Below are positions 1-9,325 of a DNA stretch of 21,779 nucleotides, piece by piece. Both the position numbers and the translations under genes were made by a program. Position 1 is the stretch's first letter; every line of letters starts with the position of its first letter. The stretch lies in the NCBI GenBank assembly GCA_018985225.1, contig JADGIF010000089.1, forward strand, positions 1 through 21,779, given 5' to 3'. The notes under the pieces are model-generated. The model saw only the letters and a list, made by a program, of their open reading frames with translations, did not search any database and had not been told where the DNA came from. The DNA is from Amoeboradix gromovi X-113 (taxonomy: Eukaryota; Fungi; Sanchytriomycota).

Positions 1-1
1 G

Positions 2-130
2 TATATGTATCCTTATTCAATCCCGCCTCAGGGTAGTGAAAGCGTGAGCGATCACTGTAACGGAGCATCTAGCATTAGTTTCTCTGTGGAAATTCTCGAT
101 TTTCTCGGAAATCAGGAATTTTAACGAGGA
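2..130 (+). repeat. Dispersed structured repeat, copy 1 (probably truncated by the window edge)
   Basis: 2..72 aligns without gaps to the reverse complement of 12551..12621 (56/71 identical by hand count). Similarity continues through TTCTCTGTGGAAATT..ATCAGG..TTTTAACGAGGA. It is also collinear with 10115..10210. Confidence 0.9.
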
Positions 131-404
131 GATCGTTTTAGTCATGTCCTCTGAAATTAAAGAAACAAATTTATTTCTTAACTGCTATGCTGATTCTTCG
201 GTTGCACCAGTTAACCAACTTTGATGCGGTTGCGCATAGATTCATGATGTTTTATAGCAATCATCAAGTCATTGAATGTCTGTGACCAAATGGTGAGAGA
301 CCAAGTTTGAAAAACAAGATGATATCAGCTCTATCACATCTTGTTTGTAGCTGATAAATATTCTGTGGTTCTGTGAAAACTCGATCAACTGATATTTACA
401 GCGG

Positions 405-2434
405 ATGTCCCGCAGCCATTTTTTGAAAATGTGCACGCAAGGAGAATTTTTTTCCGATAGTAGCACGTGTTTAAAATGCGAAAAAGGCTATTATACACCT
501 AATGGTTATTTTACAAAATGTTTACCCTGTCCTCCGTCCACATTCGGTCCAGATACTGGACTTTCAGAATGTTTACCTTGTAAAAACCAATATTATCAAG
601 ACCAGACTGGCCAAGTAGAGTGTATCTACTGTAACTTCATTTTAATTAAAAATGTGGGATGCATAACATTTGAGTATATGCTTTTACCCTTTTTTTTAGG
701 AATCCTTATTCCTCTTGCTTTTATCAGCATTATATTTTTACTAAGAACGCAAGCTAGTGCTAAAAACAACAAACCACTCGAGGATGAAGAAAAAGATGCG
801 TTTACTTTTGATCCTCCCACTAAAAGAGCGCTAGAAATTTTGTCTCGAATTAGACCAAAAGTAGAAAGAAAGAAAGATGTATTAAAGCAGTTGGATCTTG
901 TGATCGAGTTAGTAAAGAACACAGGTAGAAACACAAACCCAATGAGCCGTATCGGTCCAGAGCTGGATGATGATTTTAAACAATTTCTGCTGAATACAGG
1001 ATTTGGAGACGCTAGTACAATAAAAAAAGGAAGAAAGTCATTTAAAAACAGATCGCGTAAGAACACTAGCGAAGAGCGCAAAATATCCTTTTCAGTAGTA
1101 GGAGCAAACCTGCCGCCTTCAAACAGAGTAAAGAGTCTGGCAAGCACAGAACAAGAAGATCTAGAGAGCAAGATCAATATGTTAACTACAAAAGTGTTTA
1201 ATCTTACTGAATTCAAGAGTGTAGAGGAAATGCTATCCAACGCTGCCCAATTTCCTTGGGATTTCGATATTTTCAAATTTTGTGATATAACTAATAACCA
1301 CCCAATCGTATTTATGGGCTATTTTCTATTAAAACAACGCGGTCTAATTGGAAAATACGGTCTTAGAGATCAAAATGTATTAAAGTTCTTTGACGAAGTT
1401 GAGCTAAGTTACAATGAGAATCCTTATCACAATAACATACATGCATGCGATGTGATGTATACAACTGCTACTTTTTTAAACCACAAATCTCTAAAGCAGT
1501 TTGTCAGTGACAAAGAATATCTTGCAACTATTGTAGCTTCATGTATACATGACATTGAGCATCCTGGAGTCAGTAACATTTTCCTCATTAGAAGCAAGGA
1601 CAATTTGGCTATGATATACAGCGACCAAAGCGTACTAGAATATCATCATTGCTATCAAGGATTTAATATAGCTACGTTACCAGAACATAACATATTTGAA
1701 GGATTTAATGAGGAAGAGTATTTCGAAATTAGAAAACTAATTATAGACCTTGTACTAGCCACTGATATGTCGAAACACTTCGATTTCCTAAATAAGTTCA
1801 AAAATATGTGCGCCATTAATCCCAACCTTTGCCATGAGCTTCACAATGATGATAATCGCCGTTTCATACTGCTCATGGCCTTGAAATGTGCTGATTTAAG
1901 CAACCCTGCAAAGCCTTTTCAAATATACATGGAATGGTGCTCAAGAATAATGGAAGAGTTCTTTTGCCAGGGAGATTTAGAGAAAACGTTAAAGTTACCC
2001 ATATCAAAATTCATGGATAGACAGAATTGTGACATAGCCAAGTGTCAAGTAATTTGTTGCTTACATAGGTTTCTTTTATAGACGTGATAGTGACGCCACT
2101 GTATGAGGAACTCATAGGGTGTCTAGAAAACAATAAGAAAGATTCAAACATACTGAAGTCATTAAATGAAAACAGGAATCATTGGGGGAACAGATCTCTA
2201 AGTACCAAGTCGAAGTCAGACTTACATAATTCGTTTTCAGATATAAAAATTGAAACTGAGTATGCAAGAAGAAGCACGCTGATACCATCAAAAGAAAGTG
2301 GAAACTCGTTAACTTTAGAGTTACCAAAAAGAGTCAGAAGCAGGTCGACACGAGATTTCTCAAAAATCCAGCTAATTATGGATACAAGTACAAGAAGGAA
2401 TTCTGCAGAATCGGTATTTAAAGAGACTGATTAA
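405..2434 (+). CDS. Single-pass membrane class I 3',5'-cyclic nucleotide phosphodiesterase with N-terminal Cys-rich (GCC2/GCC3, ephrin-receptor-like) repeats; join(405..2048,2069..2434), ~669 aa; true 5' end uncertain
   Basis: PDEase motifs NPYHNNIHACDV, HDIEHPGVSNIFL, VLEYHH, LATDM, KCADLSNP and EEFFCQGDLEK are present. Removing the 20-nt intron restores CQVSFIDVIVTPLYE (the SQxGFIDxIVxPL motif). The N-terminus has CxxCxxGxY repeats followed by the TM segment LLPFFLGILIPLAFISIIFLL. Confidence 0.93.
2049..2068 (+). other. Spliceosomal intron, 20 nt (GTAATTTGTTGCTTACATAG), phase 0
   Basis: GT..AG ends. Removal joins the 405 and 2084 ORFs in frame and restores a conserved PDE motif. Confidence 0.93.
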
Positions 2435-2458
2435 TAAAAACAAATTTGATTTTTGAAA

Positions 2459-3049
2459 TCATTTACTTGCATTGTGTAGCGTGAACTCATTTATAAACAT
2501 GTACCTGCTAAATACCAGATACAAATACCGAAACCATACCAGTTGTGATTGGTGCTTAGACATTGAAATGTACCCTTTGATTGTTTGTGAAGGAAAAGCG
2601 CAATATACTTTGCGACTTGAGTAATTACTAAACATAAAAACCAAAGCAAGGTCTAATATTCCAATGTATTTACGATATAGTGGAACGCTAGTAAGGGAAT
2701 AGAATGTTATTCCAGAAGAGATCATTGCCTCATAAATAGAGATATGGTTTTTATGGCCGCTCACCCCGTAACTGTCAAATGTAAAAATATTAGATATGAT
2801 ATTTGAAGTTCCAAACGCCTTTACTAGAGCAACTATCTCTTCGTTATCCCAATCTTCCCCATCAACTAAGGGACCTATTGTTCCATTAACTTGATATTCA
2901 TCGCAACTTGATAAAAATTCCTTTTCTCGAACTTTTCCTATTCCGCTGTCGTTACCATTACTAAGGCAATATATATGAGTAATAAGATGCATTGTAGGTG
3001 CAAAGAACATACATTCATCATCCGGATGGGCTGTAAGCAACAAATTCAT
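2459..3049 (-). CDS. GPI12: N-acetylglucosaminyl-phosphatidylinositol de-N-acetylase (PIG-L/Gpi12)
   Basis: AHPDDECMFFAPT, CLSNGN, TFDSYGVSGHKNH and C-terminal HQSQLVWFRYLYLVFSRYMFIN are PIG-L hallmarks. Confidence 0.93.
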   Translation of the reverse strand: MNLLLTAHPDDECMFFAPTMHLITHIYCLSNGNDSGIGKVREKEFLSSCDEYQVNGTIGPLVDGEDWDNEEIVALVKAFGTSNIISNIFTFDSYGVSGHKNHISIYEAMISSGITFYSLTSVPLYRKYIGILDLALVFMFSNYSSRKVYCAFPSQTIKGYISMSKHQSQLVWFRYLYLVFSRYMFINEFTLHNASK

Positions 3050-3102
3050 AAAAGTTTCAAATATTAAAATCTAAACGATCGTTTATTTACAATAAAATGG
3101 CA

Positions 3103-3668
3103 TTACTCAAAGCTCTTTCCGCAATAAAAAGACTTTTTTGGAGTGGCCAGGCAAACTCTGATCTTCCTGTTTAAAAAAGTAGTATTTTCCATTTCAATTA
3201 GTGCCTTGTTTAGATCTTCCTCATCCTCAAATCTAACAAATCCATATCCACGGCTCATTGAGGTTATAGGATCGAAAATAACTTTAGCAGTAACCGCGCT
3301 ATCATAGAATCTTTTAAAATGCTCATATAATTGAAAATCGGTGCATGCTGGAAGATCTCCAACAAATAATGAGTGCTCATTCGGCTGGTGATGGACTATT
3401 CCGCTAGCCCAATTTAATCGAAAAAACTTGAGGGTATCTGGTATAATTTGATGATTTAATGTCAATAGTACCTCTTGGGCAGTCTCGTAGCTCTCAAATT
3501 CTACAAAACAATAATTATTGATTTTATATTTGTTAATACGCTTGATACTAACGTTATACCCATGGGCTCTAAATATTTCGATTAAAAAGTCATCCGACCA
3601 CTCGGTTTGAATTTCACCCTAGATTAGTTAGTTATTACCATCCATAAACAGGCCTTTTTCTTATTCAT
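3103..3668 (-). CDS. Two-RRM RNA-binding protein of the Nam8/Ngr1/RBP45/TRNAU1AP (SECp43) family; join(3639..3668,3103..3618), 181 aa
   Basis: The spliced N-terminus reads MNKKKACLWM|GEIQTEWSDDFLIEIF (LWMG[DE] RNP2), then YCFVEF (RNP1), FRLNWASG, SLFVGDL and SRGYGFVRF. The ORF track caught only the 3' part. Confidence 0.9.
3619..3638 (-). other. Spliceosomal intron, 20 nt (GTAATAACTAACTAATCTAG), phase 0
   Basis: GT..AG ends with a CTAAT branch motif. Removal gives an ATG-initiated frame and the family motif LWMGE. Confidence 0.92.
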
Positions 3669-3832
3669 CAAATTTAACAAAGCATTATATGGATGGTTCT
3701 TTGGAATTGGTTCGAATAAGGAAAAGGGAATAGTAGTAAACATAATGGCCTGTTTATAGTTACGCTGAGTGATACGTATAAACAAAATAAAGCCCGTTTA
3801 GTTAACAGAGTTAGCAGTATTTGTATAATAAT

Positions 3833-4327
3833 TTATTGAGGATAATATACGGTGTGTTGAGTGGAGTCTTCATGAACCTCCATAGTTTTTTTGAAGTCAT
3901 TTAACTCGTTACGGATGTCTATCTTAGTACTTTGGGTTAAGTGAAATGCGGTGATGGATGGCGAGGTCTGTCTGTCATAATCATCTGGTCGATATGTAGT
4001 TCCAATTACTACCTCTTGGCTAAACTTAGCTTTCTTGTTGATGTTTTTCATAGAATCTGATTTCTTTAATATTGATTTTACCGGCTGTAATAAGTCATTT
4101 GATGCACTCTTCTTAATTTTTCTAAAGCTTGTTATGCTTTCATGATTGATTCCCTTTAATGCGTCATTAATGCTTTGCGATTCCTTTGTTAACTTTATTC
4201 TCAATTCTGATAGTTCCTCTGGTGTCATTGGTGTGGATGGAGAATTCATTGAACTACTCTTTATTGGACTTAATAGCAATACCTGCTTTGTGTTTACAGT
4301 TATAGAGCGAGTATCGATCTTATTCAT
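3833..4327 (-). CDS. Small PP1-targeting protein with a Bni4/Phactr-type C-terminal PP1-binding domain
   Basis: SILK motif (KSILKK), RVxF-like KAKF, then TY..DDYDR...LT....IRNELNDFK.TMEVHEDS.QHT, which matches the C-terminus shared by fungal Bni4 and animal Phactr proteins. Confidence 0.78.
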   Translation of the reverse strand: MNKIDTRSITVNTKQVLLLSPIKSSSMNSPSTPMTPEELSELRIKLTKESQSINDALKGINHESITSFRKIKKSASNDLLQPVKSILKKSDSMKNINKKAKFSQEVVIGTTYRPDDYDRQTSPSITAFHLTQSTKIDIRNELNDFKKTMEVHEDSTQHTVYYPQ

Positions 4328-4394
4328 TTTATGGGTAACGCTTAAAAATCAACGCAACGCACGCGACTTTTTCTATAAAGATTAAACAAGTTTA

Positions 4395-6468
4395 TTAAAT
4401 CTTCTTTGGATAAGGATTGTATCTTTCCAACAACACAAATCCGCTTCCATATTTGCGTCGTACAAAAATTAATACTAAAATTATCAAAATCACAAATAAT
4501 GCGACTCCTGCTACAATACCTACTGTTGTTGCTACTTGTGCAGCAACACTTGTCTGAGCTATTATACACATCTTTTGAGATCTGTTGCTAAAATTGTTGT
4601 TTCTCGTGCTAACAAAACACTGATTTCCAGTTGCCTGCACTTGTGCCATTTGACTAAAATAGTTTGATTTTGCACCGTTAAGATATTGGCATGATTTGGG
4701 ATCTTGCTGGACTGTGTTGTCATTTGTATTTGCATTCATATCTACCATTTTGGCTACTGAATAGCAATCTTCGTTCTTTTGATTTATCCACGCTAACTTA
4801 CTGAGATCATCGCTTTTAAAAATGTTTGATGTTGCCAATGGTTGAATCAGATTATCCATTAAGTTTGAAACTGGCACCAAATTACTTCTGTCAGTCCCAG
4901 CTAATCCTTGGCCTGCATTGTCTATATTAGTTAGAAATACTTTTATCATTATAATCGCTACCACACCATTGAAAATGGACCATATCCCCCAAATTAACAC
5001 TCACCTGATCGGGTACAAAATCATATTCCACACAATTACGCACTTGTGCAATATTTCCACGTTTACCTCGAACATTTACATTTATTATGTTTGTATTAAT
5101 AAGATTGTCTGGTCTTTTCTTAATTGCGAAAACATAAGATCTATCCTCAAAGGTTCTGCTGTTCTGATTAGTATTGAGTGTGATTTTAAGAGGCATGACT
5201 GTGGATGGATCACTGTTAGCATCAATATACACACCTGCGTTTAATAGCGGCTTATTTTTTACTTTTCCATTATCCGCCGCTGTAAAAGAAGAAGGTACTT
5301 CGGCCGTGCTGATGTTATATCTCAGCCGTAAAGTGCATCTCAATTGATCTTTACCATTTGGAACAAAACTCTTTGGAATTCTCCATTTATAAGTTTGTAA
5401 TTGGCCTGCAGGAGTGGTTGGATCATCACTTCTACTTGGTGCTGCTTGTCCAAGATGATTATCTTGTAAAAATGGTGCTTGGACACAGTCTGGTGCAGGA
5501 ATATTCCAAGCAGGTGTTGATATCCATTTAGCGTTAGTGCGAGGAGCATTGTTGGTGGTTGTTTCGCAGTCTTTTTGATTATTGTAAGTCCAGAATGTTT
5601 TATCTGTTGGATCATTAGAATTGATACATTCACCTCTACCAATAACGTTTTGAGACTGAGATTGAAGTTGAGCACACATAGAAGTATCGCTTGTAATGAT
5701 AGCAACATCTCTCCATGGAGTATAATGAAAGTAAGGGTAGTAATCCCTTTCCTCTGTACATTCAAACCCATGACGTTCTCCGTCTTGGTTTTGACGAGTA
5801 AATATTGCAGTCATTCTGTTTTTATCTTGCGGGTTGAGATTACCAGCGACGTACAATCCCATATTGCGGTAGCGGGTTGCGCATTTACTGTAATATAAGG
5901 GACTTTCATGCAAACCATAAGTTTGTAATTTGCGAGGAGAACACCTACATATGGCGCTATTAAAAGTGTTTCTACCTTCTTGAGTGGTTAAATCAAGTGT
6001 AGCACAAGAGGCATCATTATTAGCAGCTGTGCAAGTCTCTGGAATAGGCTTGGTTTGAGTGCAGCTTCCGGTACCATCTGCATTTTCATATGGCACAGGA
6101 GATCGACCATCAGTTAACGCATAGTCAGGAATATCATATATACCAGCATCCTTGCCGAAACCATCTTCGCAACCCATTTGAAGGATAAATTGACAACGAT
6201 CTTTTTCTGGACTATTCGGGTCACTCTTTGCATTTTGGCCATTGCCACAAGCATGCTGAGCCGTCCATTGGATGTTCAAATCAGTGTCTTCGTAGTATGT
6301 TAATTCGCTATCACATATTCCATATCCACCAGCAGCATTGTTTTGGCTGTCCCATAATCGATTGTCATTATTTCTATCGTTACTAGCCTCATCACATCTG
6401 TCATTGCTGCCTCTTGGATGATGCATATAGACATCAGCTAAAACTAAAAATTTGAATATGAAGAACAT
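4395..6468 (-). CDS. DD3-3-like Cys-rich type I membrane protein; join(4941..6468,4395..4921), ~684 aa
   Basis: Family-like motifs DVYMHHPRGSNDR, RLWDSQNN..GGY, WTAQHACG, YGLHES, TRQN..GERHGFECTEERDYYPYFHYTPWRD, LRLRYNIST, RTFEDRS, NVRGKRGNIAQV...VEYDFVP and G.AGTDRSN. It has an N-terminal signal and a C-terminal TM followed by RRK. Confidence 0.85.
4922..4940 (-). other. Spliceosomal intron, 19 nt (GTATTTCTAACTAATATAG), phase 1
   Basis: GT..AG ends with a CTAAT branch motif. Removal fuses the two overlapping minus-strand ORFs as QWCGSDYNDKNNAGQGLAGTDRSN. Confidence 0.93.
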
Positions 6469-6574
6469 ACTGACCTAAGCGTCGCACGTATTCCTTCTTA
6501 AATATCTTAAAGATGAATTCTTGGCCTCATCACGTACTAGATATGGGATACTCTCTGATGATCTCTATTAATAG

Positions 6575-6584
6575 CTGATTGGCT
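6575..6584 (-). promoter_or_regulatory. Candidate CCAAT box (AGCCAATCAG) upstream of the DD3-3-like gene
   Basis: Full match to the extended NF-Y/HAP consensus RRCCAATCAG, about 107 nt upstream of the ATG at 6468. Confidence 0.4.
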
Positions 6585-6820
6585 AAGACAAGGCAGTATT
6601 CAAATTTTATCATGAAATAGCAATTTAAACTCAATAGACATCTATCTATGGAACTGCAAAAAAGAAAAACTGTTAATTAACTCAAGTGTTTATGTTACAA
6701 TGCTTTCTTAATAATAAGAGTAATAGATTTATCTAGCATTTTATATGAAATAACTATGATGTTACTCAAAAATTTGGGGGTGCTGAGAGAGGGTTTATTA
6801 AATCAGATTAAATTCTGTTT

Positions 6821-6886
6821 ATTGGTGCGGTTGATTGGATAATTGCTAATTTAAAGAATGATTGGTGGAAGAATTAAAATCCCAAT
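6821..6886. promoter_or_regulatory. Cluster of four CCAAT/ATTGG boxes upstream of the BAR-SH3 gene
   Basis: ATTGG at 6821, 6834 and 6861 and CCAAT at 6882, all within ~105 nt of the likely ATG at 6924. Confidence 0.4.
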
Positions 6887-6923
6887 TACAAATACCTCCG
6901 TTGTAACATTTTTAAATTGTAAA

Positions 6924-8117
6924 ATGCTATCCAAGTTTAAGCAAATGACTCTTGAAAAGATCTCAAATACAAGCAAGACAGAGACCTCTACGGAATTTAA
7001 ACAAATGGAGATGATGACTGATCAGCGCGGTAAGCTATCCACTAAATTGATGAACTGTGTAGCGCGTTACTGTAAGCAGCATGACCGCAAAGAAGTCGAT
7101 GGTTTCGTTAAAAGAGTGATGCCTATTGAAGCTATTGGTGCATCCATGCTTGTTCTTTCTAGTAATACTGATGGTAATTTAAGCCGCGTTTTTCAGTTGG
7201 TTGGTCAGACAGAAGAAAGAATGGGTGATGTTCAGTTAGCGTATCACAACAGTTTAAGTGATGGTATGATGGGATATTTAACCAACTATACTGACCAGCA
7301 TAAGGACTACAACCAATTGAAAAAGAAGTTAGAATCTCGTCGCTTAAAATTCGATGCACAGGTCAATGAAGTCCAAAAGTCCAAAATTCAAAACGCAGAA
7401 ACAGAGGAAAGATTGCAGATGTCTCAAGACAAGTACGAGGAAACTTTGCAAGAGATGATGGCTAGAATGGAAGACTTGAACGGGAACCAAGCCTACCATA
7501 TCAATCGTATAAAAGATTTTGTAAAAGTTCAAAAGGACTATTACTTGAAAAATGTTCAACTATTAGAGCAATTGGAAGCTAAACTCGAAGGAGAGGTGGA
7601 CGGTGGTGCAGAAGTAAATCGAAGTGTCGGTGGATTGGCCAATGTCCACGGTAGAATGACTACAAAAAACAGGTCTAGAACATTGGATGAATTGAGTCCA
7701 ATTGAGGTGACTCAAACAACTCAAATAGTTGATAGAGCTAGAGATGGTAGCCAAAGTAGTTATTCCAGCGCGCCTTCATTGTCCAGAGTAGACAGCGGAA
7801 TTGTGAGAAGCGACTCAAAGTTCAGCGTGTTTGAAGATCCAGTTCAAATGCCAAATAAGCCTTCAGGTGGAGTATCCGTGATGGTCAACAATTTCAATAG
7901 TAGTGCTAAACCAATCGTGCCAACTCCATTGCATAAATCTGGCCCAGCCAAACTAAAAGTACTATTCGACTTTGACGCGGAACATCCGAACGAAATGAGC
8001 ATTCGAAAAGGTGAGTTTATAACTCTTCTAGAGGAAAACAAGAGCGGATGGTGGAAGGGTAAGAATATCAGTGGCATAGAAGGCCTGTTTCCTGGCAACT
8101 ATGTGGAAAAGTGCTAG
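6924..8117 (+). CDS. Endophilin-like N-BAR + SH3 protein
   Basis: N-terminal MLSKFKQMTLEKI...TE...EFKQME resembles the endophilin start. KKLESRRLKFDA is a BAR signature. C-terminal SH3: KVLFDFDAEHPNEMSIRKGE...GWWKG...GLFPGNYVE. ATG 6924 is preferred over 6858, which lies among the CCAAT boxes. Confidence 0.9.
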   Translation: MLSKFKQMTLEKISNTSKTETSTEFKQMEMMTDQRGKLSTKLMNCVARYCKQHDRKEVDGFVKRVMPIEAIGASMLVLSSNTDGNLSRVFQLVGQTEERMGDVQLAYHNSLSDGMMGYLTNYTDQHKDYNQLKKKLESRRLKFDAQVNEVQKSKIQNAETEERLQMSQDKYEETLQEMMARMEDLNGNQAYHINRIKDFVKVQKDYYLKNVQLLEQLEAKLEGEVDGGAEVNRSVGGLANVHGRMTTKNRSRTLDELSPIEVTQTTQIVDRARDGSQSSYSSAPSLSRVDSGIVRSDSKFSVFEDPVQMPNKPSGGVSVMVNNFNSSAKPIVPTPLHKSGPAKLKVLFDFDAEHPNEMSIRKGEFITLLEENKSGWWKGKNISGIEGLFPGNYVEKC

Positions 8118-8135
8118 TTAATAAATAATATCATT

Positions 8136-9120
8136 GTCATCTTAGAATGGATAAATGAACTTCGTTCCGATTGTAATTAACTTGTTTACATAGACTTTCG
8201 TTTGTTGTGACACTTGAAAGAGTCTTGCAGACTTCTTCCCTTATTTCCAAACTAAATCTTCGTTTTTTACTCGATGATATTGCTTTGTGCTTCATTGTCT
8301 CTTTTTTCTATTCAGAATGCTTACTATAGTTAGTGTTTTGCAGAAAGCAGCAGTCGAATTCAACTAAGTAGACCATATATCTCTTCTTCATGATATCTCG
8401 TTCTCATTTCAGTCTTTTTATAGATACTTCCAACGGGAAAACCGGATATTTCTTCTATCATCAACTGAAACGGGTCTCGATCCTGAAATGTCAATTCTAA
8501 GAAATCGGCAGTAAAAGCTTGATGCATGCTTCCGCATTCAGGAACTGCTTCAAGAATGGAAAGTTACGATACATTCGCAACAACTGGTCAATGGAGATCA
8601 AACAATACATTTATTCCGTATTGTTTACTACACAAGCAGGATGCCAGCGAGCGTCGGTTTTAGTTCAATATGACATCCTTATTGATTGCACGAACTCTAC
8701 ATCCCTAATCGATCATCTTTCAACATTGTGTAATTATTTAACAACTCGTCATACTCTCTTATCAATTGCAAATAACCCCAAATGGTCCCAAACTGAACTT
8801 TCCAAGTCTGAACACATCGCTGATAGATAAAGAACATGCTCTTCCTCAGGACCTGTCTAATGGCTCTCAAAAAGAGTAAAAAGATTCCTATGCAATCAGC
8901 CTTGTACGTGTACAGTGGCAATATAGCAGTAAATAATAAATACTTGAAGTACATGCATCCCTATTCCATCAGCCTCAGCGAAGTGAAAGCATGGACAACT
9001 GCTATAACGGAGTGAGATTGTATCTAATAATGGTCCCCTTATATTCAACATATTCTGTGATTTGCAGGCATTTGTCCTCGATCAATAGAAGAATATCAAG
9101 GATTCACGCAATTATAAAAG
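8136..9120 (-). pseudogene. Possible decayed gene or transposon relic, unidentified
   Basis: A ~1 kb gap with coding-like composition and several protein-like minus-strand fragments broken by stops and frameshifts (e.g. LSILEAVPECGSMHQAFTADFLELTF..., MKHKAISSSKKRRFSLEIREEVCKTL...). No family recognised. Confidence 0.3.
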
Positions 9121-9325
9121 TACAGCAAGACGAAACTTTTGAAGGATAAGATTTATTTTATTATGATAAATGGCTTAATCAGAAGAACTCAGAAAGTTTA
9201 GCTACCAGCTTTGCCAGGATCATAGACTGAAGCCCAATACAGTGAAACCTAGGTGGTGGAGCAGATTCTCTGTGAAATGACCTTGTTTACTTCAATGAAG
9301 CTACCCGCTAGCTAATGAAGAGTTT

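Noticed and set aside
3071-3090. 20-nt GT..AG string (GTAAATAAACGATCGTTTAG, - strand) between the RRM and PIG-L genes as an intron or gene-fusion link
   Set aside because: It lacks the CTWAY branch motif and yields no ATG-initiated in-frame PIG-L extension. The RRM stop TAA remains, and the string contains the likely AATAAA of the RRM gene.
6720-6736. 17-nt intron-like string GTAATAGATTTATCTAG on the + strand
   Set aside because: It is intergenic and upstream of the CCAAT cluster, has an imperfect branch motif, and there is no reading frame to test it.
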